This document shows positions 1-6,326 of a stretch of 64,000 nucleotides of DNA, in pieces (the stretch's first letter is position 1; each line of letters opens with the position of its first letter). The stretch comes from an uncultured virus (IMG/VR IMGVR_UViG_3300024229_000001). Taxonomy: Duplodnaviria > Heunggongvirae > Uroviricota > Caudoviricetes. The translations under genes were made by a program, and so were the position numbers. The DNA lies in IMG/VR virus record IMGVR_UViG_3300024229_000001; one strand, 5' to 3'. The notes beneath the pieces are model-generated. The model searched no databases. It was not told the DNA's origin and saw only the letters and a program-made list of their open reading frames with translations.

Positions 1-25
1 CGAGGTAGCATAAAAAAAATGTGAT

Positions 26-71
26 AAAGTGCATTTTAGGGGTTTACAATCAGATCTTAATATGTTATACT
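26..71 (+). promoter_or_regulatory. Early sigma70-type promoter with upstream palindrome
   Basis: TTTACA (43-48), 17 bp, TGn-TATACT (66-71); AAAGTGCATTTT at 26-37; RBS AAGGAG before ATG 97. Confidence 0.8.
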
Positions 72-96
72 AGATATATCAAAAGGAGATAAACAC

Positions 97-303
97 ATGC
101 TACTACCATACGGTGAAATGATCAAGAACGACGTAATCGAAGCTTTCAACGCTGCTGTGACTAACCCTGAGAACATCAACTCTTCAGGTGGTATCAATTG
201 GAACTTTGTAGATGCTGACTTGCAAATCGATCTAGGTGTGATCTATAGCTCAGATTACCTGAACGATTGCTTTGAAGTTCTTGTTGATAACCACTTCGCT
301 TAA
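97..303 (+). CDS. Hypothetical early protein (68 aa)
   Basis: ORF with AGGAG RBS directly behind an early promoter. Confidence 0.75.
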   Translation: MLLPYGEMIKNDVIEAFNAAVTNPENINSSGGINWNFVDADLQIDLGVIYSSDYLNDCFEVLVDNHFA

Positions 304-314
304 GGATAAACACT

Positions 315-398
315 ATGAAAAACTTTATATTTGATCTTACATCCGGTGCCATGAACTTCACGTTACTAACAGGATTGGTATTCTATATAGTCTCATAG
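315..398 (+). CDS. Small hydrophobic peptide (27 aa, MKNFIFDLTSGAMNFTLLTGLVFYIVS)
   Basis: Read manually; AAGGA RBS; below ORF-track cutoff. Confidence 0.4.
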   Translation: MKNFIFDLTSGAMNFTLLTGLVFYIVS

Positions 399-405
399 AC
401 TATTT

Positions 406-667
406 ACTACTATATAGTACGAGCAAAGAAACGTGACAGGTAGGTATAGAACCCGTAAAATCCTGGTGAGGGCCTGAGTGGTGACTACTATATAGTATTA
501 AGGAGTTTATAAAGAATACGTAAGTCCTGGAGCCAGACCATTATACGATATAAATCGGAGTGCTCCAGGCAGTACCACTAGTGACAGCCCCCTGTTTATA
601 CTGGAGAAAAAAAGGCCATAGTGGTACGTGGGGGTCTAGCGTCCAGCGGTAATTCAGAGGAAATACC
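406..667. ncRNA. Putative structured non-coding element (ncRNA or origin-like)
   Basis: GC-richer intergenic stretch; stems 526-533/562-569 and 572-580/619-627; palindrome TACTATATAGTA at 408-419 and 486-497. Confidence 0.45.
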
Positions 668-689
668 TTTTTATATAGAGGAGGAAGAC

Positions 690-878
690 ATGTATCAGAT
701 CACTGGTTATACTATAGATAGATCTATACGGCGTGAGTTTGAGTGTCTCTTTGATGCTATAGAGTTTAAGGATCAATTGGATGCTTTATACTATCATGTT
801 GTATGGAAAGAGTATAGTAGAAGGCCATATGATATGGCCATACAGCCCGTATCAGAGAATCTCAGATTTGTTTTATAG
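690..878 (+). CDS. Hypothetical protein
   Basis: ORF 621..878; GAGGAGG RBS supports ATG 690 as the start. Confidence 0.6.
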   Translation: MYQITGYTIDRSIRREFECLFDAIEFKDQLDALYYHVVWKEYSRRPYDMAIQPVSENLRFVL

Positions 879-938
879 TATATGGCTATAAAAAATTTTC
901 TCGAGAAAAAATGTGTGAAAAACCTTTGCGAGGATAGT

Positions 939-1148
939 ATGGTACGTGTTGTACACTATGTTGGTATGGATGAATATACCTATAGAAGAGCTAGACGAGT
1001 TTGGGGTGGACCAGCTTATTATCACAAATGGAACGACGCAAGAGTTGATAGTGAAGTTTCTGAGAATGATATTGTAGTCTATGGAGATACTACTTATAGA
1101 CAATGGGTATGGGATGCCTCAGCAGTCGACAGGAGTTATACAGAGTAG
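939..1148 (+). CDS. Hypothetical protein
   Basis: ORF 882..1148; GAGGA RBS supports ATG 939. Confidence 0.6.
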   Translation: MVRVVHYVGMDEYTYRRARRVWGGPAYYHKWNDARVDSEVSENDIVVYGDTTYRQWVWDASAVDRSYTE

Positions 1149-1205
1149 CGCAGTGTAGCTTCTTGGTCTAACTTTAAATTTTAATTTCGTGCGAAAGTCG
1201 AGGAA

Positions 1206-1376
1206 ATGGAAGAATTTATCAAAGGAATGAGTGTAACAACTCTTGAGAATGTGGAACTAGTAGAAGTGGTAGATGTACCATATAATATAGATCCACAAGA
1301 GATCAATCGAAAAGCTCGAGAGTTTATGGAAAACAATCCTGAAATTATATCAACCGCAATTGAAAAGGTAAAATAG
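1206..1376 (+). CDS. Hypothetical protein (56 aa)
   Basis: Read manually (MEEFIKGMSV...IEKVK); packed against the next ORF. Confidence 0.5.
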   Translation: MEEFIKGMSVTTLENVELVEVVDVPYNIDPQEINRKAREFMENNPEIISTAIEKVK

Positions 1377-1377
1377 A

Positions 1378-1536
1378 ATGTGGATGTTATTTGTACTGAA
1401 TTTGAGTTATGAAGGAGAGCATAAAGTTACTTTCTATGATAACTATCAAACAGAATTGCAGTGTAGAATAGAAGCACTCTTACTTACCGAAGAGTTTGAT
1501 CAAGCTGAAGAAGCATTTTGTATTCAAAAGGATTAA
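1378..1536 (+). CDS. Hypothetical protein (52 aa, MWMLFVL...C...C)
   Basis: Read manually; typical small phage protein with hydrophobic N-terminus and two Cys. Confidence 0.5.
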   Translation: MWMLFVLNLSYEGEHKVTFYDNYQTELQCRIEALLLTEEFDQAEEAFCIQKD

Positions 1537-1781
1537 TCGTAACCAAGTACTGCTACTTTCTCAATTTCGTTGAATAGCATTTCTTCTTCTCTTTGTTTCC
1601 ATGCAGAATCGAATCCGGATTCATACTGATTTAAGCATCCGGATTCGTTATTCCATAGACGTTTGAAATAACTTTCATAGTAACCTTCAACTATATGGTC
1701 TGGTTCGGAGATGGGAATGAGATGGCCTTTCACTAACCAAAAAAATCTGTTAGCTTCTTTACGTACGTATGGTGAACACAT
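1533..1781 (-). CDS. Hypothetical protein
   Basis: ORF with AGAGGAG RBS before ATG 1781; near-consensus late promoter TATACATA at 1812-1819 (-). Confidence 0.65.
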   Translation of the reverse strand: MCSPYVRKEANRFFWLVKGHLIPISEPDHIVEGYYESYFKRLWNNESGCLNQYESGFDSAWKQREEEMLFNEIEKVAVLGYD

Positions 1782-1855
1782 CAAAAATACTCCTCTATAG
1801 CCATATAGTATTATGTATAGAATGTTAGCGATAACAAATGAAGGATGAAAAAAAA

Positions 1856-2374
1856 ATGTCTATAAAAATTTATGATAATGTCTTACCAGAGAATATGTTT
1901 AGAAATATTCGAGCGCATTTTACTGGTCCACTTTTCCCTTGGTATTTTAATGAAGCTGTCGTGTACTCTGATCAAAAAGAATTCGAGTCTAATCTAAATT
2001 TTCAATTTGTACATACGCTGTACAGAGATAATACAGTTCAATCACCATCATATGATATACTTCAGCCACTTTTTACTTTTATTAATCCTTTTCAGATTAT
2101 TAAACTAAAAGTAAATTGTAATCCTTATAACGATCATATATACGAAAGCGGAATGCATGTAGATATAAATCCTCCAAAATCTACAGCTGTAAATACCGCG
2201 ATATTTTATTTAAATACTAATAATGGTTATACAAAAATAGAAAAGACTGGTCAAAAAATTGAATCTATAGAAAACCGGTTAGTTGTGTTTGACTCAAAAA
2301 CAATGCATTCTGGGTCGACTACAAATGACTCTAAAGCAAGATTTGTGATTAATCTTAATTATATACCGAGATAG
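1856..2374 (+). CDS. 2OG-Fe(II) oxygenase superfamily protein
   Basis: HxD (HVD), distal H (MHSG) and R (RFVINLNY); TAIFYLNTNNGYT and NRLVVFD motifs typical of T4-like phage oxygenases. Confidence 0.8.
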   Translation: MSIKIYDNVLPENMFRNIRAHFTGPLFPWYFNEAVVYSDQKEFESNLNFQFVHTLYRDNTVQSPSYDILQPLFTFINPFQIIKLKVNCNPYNDHIYESGMHVDINPPKSTAVNTAIFYLNTNNGYTKIEKTGQKIESIENRLVVFDSKTMHSGSTTNDSKARFVINLNYIPR

Positions 2375-2392
2375 CTTTTATAATATATACTA

Positions 2393-2703
2393 TGTTAACG
2401 TTGAAGCAACGTGGACACATACTGGACTCGGGGGCGGTACCCGACGACTCCACCATAGATACACTGTCTAAAAAGGAACATTGTTCTGGGCCTGGCCAAC
2501 GAAATCTCCTATTTGAGGTTGGCAGTGTATCTTTGATGGGGTCGAAATAGGATCGACAGGTGTGAAAATGGAAGTGGAGTTAACCGGATGATCGCGTATA
2601 GATCAAAAACCATAACTGCAAACAATAACTTTGCACCTTCAGAAATCGCTCTAGCAGCATAATCTGACGGGTTGGCAACTTACCTTGGAACAGAAAAGTT
2701 GCA
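2393..2703 (+). ncRNA. ssrA: Circularly permuted (two-piece) tmRNA, alphaproteobacterial type
   Basis: T-arm TCGGG-GGCGGTA-CCCGA and CGACTCC-A-CCA (ends 2455) lie upstream of GGGGTCGAAATAGGATCGAC (starts 2538); 7-bp acceptor stem with G3:U70; tag frame 2618-2662 = ANNNFAPSEIALAA*; outer boundaries approximate. Confidence 0.93.
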
Positions 2704-2715
2704 ATTATTTTCAAA

Positions 2716-2761
2716 AAAATGCATTTTACCTATGTACATCCTCTGAGACTTATGGTATAGT
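2716..2761 (+). promoter_or_regulatory. Early promoter with palindrome
   Basis: AAAATGCATTTT (2716-2727), TGTACA (2733-2738), 17 bp, TGG-TATAGT (2756-2761). Confidence 0.8.
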
Positions 2762-2765
2762 AGTA

Positions 2766-2793
2766 CTATAATCAATGAGGAGAAACGATTATG
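2766..2793 (+). repeat. 28-bp leader repeat, copy 1
   Basis: CTATAATCAATGAGGAGAAACGATTATG, identical to 5041-5068. Confidence 0.95.
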
Positions 2794-3171
2794 ACTTACA
2801 CATTCGACGAGAACATTGTATCTGATCTTCACAAAGAAGCTTATGGCTTTCGTCCTCGTGAAGGATGGTGGAATATGTGGGCAGCTTTTAACGCTGATCA
2901 GAAGCAAGCTACATGGGATAGCTTAATTGCTGACTTGGACGATGCTATTGAGCAGCAAGAACAGCAAGAAGCTCAAGCTCTTGTTAACTTTCGTAAATTG
3001 CTTAAGACCACTATGGCTACATGTAACGTAGATTGGAAAAATGCTCTTCGCATCTTAATGGAAGCTGACACTGAGTTTACTAAAGATAGTCAAGAGTTTG
3101 ATTATTTTCTGTGGACCTACGACTTAGGCTACGAAAAGCGCAAAGAGATCTATGCCAAATTCGTGGGGTAG
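2791..3171 (+). CDS. Hypothetical early protein
   Basis: Strong RBS, behind an early promoter; SDLHKEAYGFRPR motif seen in phage early proteins. Confidence 0.8.
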   Translation: MTYTFDENIVSDLHKEAYGFRPREGWWNMWAAFNADQKQATWDSLIADLDDAIEQQEQQEAQALVNFRKLLKTTMATCNVDWKNALRILMEADTEFTKDSQEFDYFLWTYDLGYEKRKEIYAKFVG

Positions 3172-3451
3172 TCCTATAGAGATAGAGCGTAGGCGCAGAA
3201 TAAAAGTAAGTATTGCTGCCTACGCTTATGAGTTTCTCGCAGATTCAATCATGGAAGATCATGAGTTCGATCAATTATGTTTAGAAATCGATACTCAAAT
3301 AAATACAGGTAATAGAAAACTAGATACATTTTTCAAAAAAGAGTTTAATTCTGCAACAGGCTATTGGGTACATCAACATCCCGAAAAAGAAAAGCTGAAA
3401 GATCTGTATGAAAGGTACTACAAAAATGATTCAACTTCATGGATTGAATAA
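3152..3451 (+). CDS. Stand-alone NAD-dependent DNA ligase domain Ia-like protein
   Basis: AAYAYE...IMEDHEFDQL resembles the LigA Ia motif YY...isD.eYD.L. Confidence 0.6.
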   Translation: MPNSWGSPIEIERRRRIKVSIAAYAYEFLADSIMEDHEFDQLCLEIDTQINTGNRKLDTFFKKEFNSATGYWVHQHPEKEKLKDLYERYYKNDSTSWIE

Positions 3452-3668
3452 AGATCAAAGAGAAATTGCTAATATGCTCTGTGATTGCAATTCACTAGAA
3501 GAAGTTCAATTTTTGATGAAGTACCTGTTAACTGATAACGACCGTAGAACTGCATGCACGATTTTAGAGATTATTGAACAAGAGATGGCTGAAGAAGATA
3601 TTGCTACTGAAAATCTAGTAAGAATCCAGCGTCATGTCACAGAGCTATTCATGAGGTGTAGACCATGA
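3426..3668 (+). CDS. Hypothetical protein
   Basis: ORF in tightly packed operon; start uncertain (3408 or 3426). Confidence 0.6.
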   Translation: MIQLHGLNKDQREIANMLCDCNSLEEVQFLMKYLLTDNDRRTACTILEIIEQEMAEEDIATENLVRIQRHVTELFMRCRP

Positions 3669-3937
3669 TTACTGTAGAGATAGATCCAGAAGAAACATGT
3701 ATTACTATTTTGGATAATACCGCTGAGCTCGAAGATGTATCAGCAATTCTATATGATAACTATTGTCATATTCGCCAGTGGAATGAGAAGAATAAAAAGT
3801 TTGATGTAGTTACTCTGACTCCAGAAATGTATATCAAACTCATGAAATCTTTTACTCTTCCACATGGAGCATATGATATTGTATTAAGTGAGAGAGATGT
3901 AGTTAACGACGATATATACGGTATAGAACAGGATTAG
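3665..3937 (+). CDS. Hypothetical protein
   Basis: ATGA overlap with the upstream ORF. Confidence 0.65.
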   Translation: MITVEIDPEETCITILDNTAELEDVSAILYDNYCHIRQWNEKNKKFDVVTLTPEMYIKLMKSFTLPHGAYDIVLSERDVVNDDIYGIEQD

Positions 3938-3941
3938 ACTT

Positions 3942-4070
3942 ATGGTTAATAAAGAAATTCGCGAATTTGATGAAGAAGAACGTCAAAGGGCGAAAGAAAA
4001 AGAAAAAGATAATAAATCTGAAGAACCACCTGAATGGCCAGATAATCCTGTTGATGGACATGCCATATAA
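3942..4070 (+). CDS. Small charged hypothetical protein (42 aa)
   Basis: Read manually; its stop codon overlaps the late promoter. Confidence 0.4.
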   Translation: MVNKEIREFDEEERQRAKEKEKDNKSEEPPEWPDNPVDGHAI

Positions 4071-4073
4071 ATA
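4066..4073 (+). promoter_or_regulatory. T4-type late promoter (tRNA/ncRNA)
   Basis: TATAAATA ending 10 nt before tRNA-Asn. Confidence 0.75.
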
Positions 4074-4082
4074 AAGTTATAT

Positions 4083-4157
4083 TCCGGCGTAGCTCAGTGG
4101 TAGAGCAGTTGACTGTTAATCAATTTGTCGTAGGTTCGACCCCTACCGCCGGAGCCA
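4083..4157 (+). tRNA. trnN: tRNA-Asn (GTT)
   Basis: Cloverleaf: TCCGGCG/CGCCGGA acceptor, GTT anticodon, GGTTCGAC T-loop, encoded CCA. Confidence 0.97.
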
Positions 4158-4192
4158 AAGTTTTAAAGTTTCAACCCGACGGGGTTTGGAAA

Positions 4193-4368
4193 GATAGTGC
4201 AAGGAAATGCAGTTTGTAAGGACTGTAACTTGGCTAGTAGCTGTAGTGGCAGCGTATGAGCATGGAGACATGAAGATACGTATTTCGAACGTAACTGTTT
4301 GATACTAGGCGCAACCGAACGTAGAGTACTTACTAGGTTGTTGGAGGTAAACTGTAATCCTCCCTATC
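4193..4368 (+). ncRNA. Putative multi-stem ncRNA with tRNA-like topology
   Basis: Five-way junction of nested helices closed by GATAG/CTATC; no credible ORF. Confidence 0.55.
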
Positions 4369-4384
4369 ACATTAGACCACGTAT

Positions 4385-4873
4385 CTATTCTATTATGTAT
4401 CTTCTGATACCTAATGCTTTACTGGCAGGAAAATATTCTGCGGTTACTGAGTCATCTTGGTTTCCACCTATAATTAAGTAGTGCTCTTCACCGTCTATAA
4501 TATAAGACATTAAGTAAAAGCCTACATGACCCTGCCAACTAGAATTCCCTCTTGGGAATACCACAATATCCCCTAATCCTGGTTCATTCACTGTTTCTCC
4601 CCATTGTAAGAATGATCTAGCGGTTAGGGGATATTGGCTCACTGAGTCAGATCCTGGTATATCGTTTGCATGAAGTACTGCATTCACAAAAGCAGCGCAC
4701 CATTCAATCCTTGCTGGATCTACACCAAGGAATTCTCTAAGCTCAGGATTATCACGTACTTCATGTTTACCCATTAGTTGAGCTGCGTCATAAACATGGC
4801 TTTCCTCAGGGACCGCGTAAGTGGCGCATCCAGAAACAAATAGGACTAAGGCGGGAATATGTATATATCTCAT
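4385..4873 (-). CDS. TIGR02594-like NlpC/P60 (CHAP-like) cell-wall hydrolase, predicted lipoprotein
   Basis: WCAAFVN, ARSFLQWG, GDIVVF, GHVGF and GGNQ motifs; lipobox LVLFVSG-C after ATG 4873; late promoter TATAAATA at 4882-4889 (-). Confidence 0.85.
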   Translation of the reverse strand: MRYIHIPALVLFVSGCATYAVPEESHVYDAAQLMGKHEVRDNPELREFLGVDPARIEWCAAFVNAVLHANDIPGSDSVSQYPLTARSFLQWGETVNEPGLGDIVVFPRGNSSWQGHVGFYLMSYIIDGEEHYLIIGGNQDDSVTAEYFPASKALGIRRYIIE

Positions 4874-4920
4874 GTCAGCACTATTTATAAAAAAATACAA
4901 TTTGATACAAATTAATTTTT

Positions 4921-4975
4921 CCTTTAGAATCAATAGGTTACGTTTCTCCTCATCCTAAGCCATTGATTCTAAAGG
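4921..4975. repeat. 20-bp inverted repeat with 15-nt loop
   Basis: CCTTTAGAATCAATAGGTTA ... TAAGCCATTGATTCTAAAGG (18/20 complementary). Confidence 0.9.
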
Positions 4976-4991
4976 GTTTTTTATTTTAAAA

Positions 4992-5036
4992 TAAATGCAT
5001 TTTTTTGTGTACATCCTCAGAGAACGGTGGTATAAT
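4992..5036 (+). promoter_or_regulatory. Early promoter with palindrome
   Basis: AAATGCATTT (4993-5002), TGTACA (5008-5013), 17 bp, TGG-TATAAT (5031-5036). Confidence 0.85.
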
Positions 5037-5040
5037 ATAC

Positions 5041-5068
5041 CTATAATCAATGAGGAGAAACGATTATG
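5041..5068 (+). repeat. 28-bp leader repeat, copy 2
   Basis: Identical to 2766-2793. Confidence 0.95.
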
Positions 5069-5347
5069 TTGACTAAATCTGAACTGAACCGCATGGCAAC
5101 TCTGATGGCTAAAATGGAAGGTAATGACTTTTCAACTGTAGCTTCTATGTTTAAGCAAGCTCAAGGCCTTCGCCAAAAGATTGCTGCTGGAGTATTCAAG
5201 GTTGGTGACACTGTCAAGTTTGAGGCCAAAGGTCGGACACGCGAAGCAGTGGTTACTAAAGTAAATCGTAAGACAATTGCTGTTAAAGAGAACAAAGGTC
5301 TAGGCTTTGCTTGGAAAGTTTCTCCAAGTCTTTTGAAAAAAGTTTGA
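5066..5347 (+). CDS. Small basic early protein, SH3/KOW-like barrel
   Basis: FKVGDTVKF...VVTKVNRKTIAV...WKVSPSLL pattern; strong RBS. Confidence 0.75.
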   Translation: MLTKSELNRMATLMAKMEGNDFSTVASMFKQAQGLRQKIAAGVFKVGDTVKFEAKGRTREAVVTKVNRKTIAVKENKGLGFAWKVSPSLLKKV

Positions 5348-5349
5348 AA

Positions 5350-5395
5350 AAAATGCACTTTAGGGGTTTACATTCCTAGAGACTTATGGTAGAAT
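5350..5395 (+). promoter_or_regulatory. Early promoter with palindrome
   Basis: AAAATGCACTTT (5350-5361), TTTACA (5367-5372), 17 bp, TGG-TAGAAT (5390-5395). Confidence 0.8.
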
Positions 5396-5426
5396 ACCTT
5401 ATAAATTGATGATGGAGAAATACAAT

Positions 5427-5726
5427 ATGACTATGACAGCTCAACAAAAAGCAGATCGTTTGGCACTTATCAAAAAGGTAGCACAAAAGCGCGATAGTGC
5501 AGCTGCTTTCAAAAAGAAACTTGCGGCTCAAGGATCCAAAGTTCGCCGTTGGAGTGATGTTGAAGAAAAGCCTAAGCGCAAAGCTGTACAAGATGCCTTT
5601 GATAAAGAAATCGCTGGCTATGATAGTGACAACATCAACGCTTGGACTGATGCTTCTAAATACGCCAAAGAATATTATGGCGAAACTCTTCACTACACAA
5701 CTAAATTTGATAACGATTGGGATTAA
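5427..5726 (+). CDS. Hypothetical early protein
   Basis: GGAG RBS supports ATG 5427. Confidence 0.75.
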   Translation: MTMTAQQKADRLALIKKVAQKRDSAAAFKKKLAAQGSKVRRWSDVEEKPKRKAVQDAFDKEIAGYDSDNINAWTDASKYAKEYYGETLHYTTKFDNDWD

Positions 5727-5728
5727 TC

Positions 5729-5896
5729 ATGAAAAACTTTGATATAATTTTTGGTGTCTTAATGGGTTTTCTCCTTGCTATCTTTCTTATGGTAATCGCC
5801 AGTGGTGCAGTTACTACTAACTTTGAAAAATGTAGCGATCGATATAGTACATCTGACGAAGTAGTTGAATGTATGTGGTTGTTGGAGAATAACTAA
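5729..5896 (+). CDS. Small membrane protein (55 aa)
   Basis: Read manually; N-terminal TM helix, two Cys; fills the gap between neighbouring ORFs. Confidence 0.6.
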   Translation: MKNFDIIFGVLMGFLLAIFLMVIASGAVTTNFEKCSDRYSTSDEVVECMWLLENN

Positions 5897-5897
5897 T

Positions 5898-6326
5898 ATG
5901 ACTATGCATCTAGTAAGAGGTATGTCTACACTCTCTACTAAGAAGCGTAGGCAGAAAAAGAAAAATATTGATAACGCTCAAATGGAGCGTGATTGGAAAT
6001 CTTACAATAAAGATATGCGACGTAACAATTTACACTCTTGTCAGTTTAATACTTTACAAGAGTATGTTGATTATCGCATGGGCAAGGCAAAACCAAAACC
6101 AAAGGAGTTTGTACCTTATGAACCGAAAGAATCCAAACCAACTCGCTCGCCAACGAATTATCCAAGCCTCTCGACGGAAAGCATACCTGGATCAGGAGCG
6201 AAAAAAGAGTCTCCAGTCTACTCAGGAGACTACATTATCGGAATCGCGACAATGCACAAGTCAAACATCGTCCCTGTCGGAAGGGGAGATGATCCGAAAC
6301 ATTATGCGGCCATGAGGAGAAATTAA
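5898..6326 (+). CDS. Conserved T4-like hypothetical protein (GIATMHKSN motif)
   Basis: GGAG RBS; basic protein with C-terminal YSG..IIGIATMHKSNIVPV. Confidence 0.75.
   Translation: MTMHLVRGMSTLSTKKRRQKKKNIDNAQMERDWKSYNKDMRRNNLHSCQFNTLQEYVDYRMGKAKPKPKEFVPYEPKESKPTRSPTNYPSLSTESIPGSGAKKESPVYSGDYIIGIATMHKSNIVPVGRGDDPKHYAAMRRN

Noticed and set aside
621..689. N-terminal extension of ORF 621..878
   Set aside because: Strong SD precedes ATG 690; the upstream part lies in the structured element
4240..4300. Resemblance to group II intron domain V or SRP helix 8
   Set aside because: Catalytic triad/bulge geometry and SRP consensus loops do not match
4299..4481. 60-aa plus-strand ORF over the candidate ncRNA
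   Set aside because: TTG start without RBS; overlaps the amidase gene in antisense; RNA structure explains the region better
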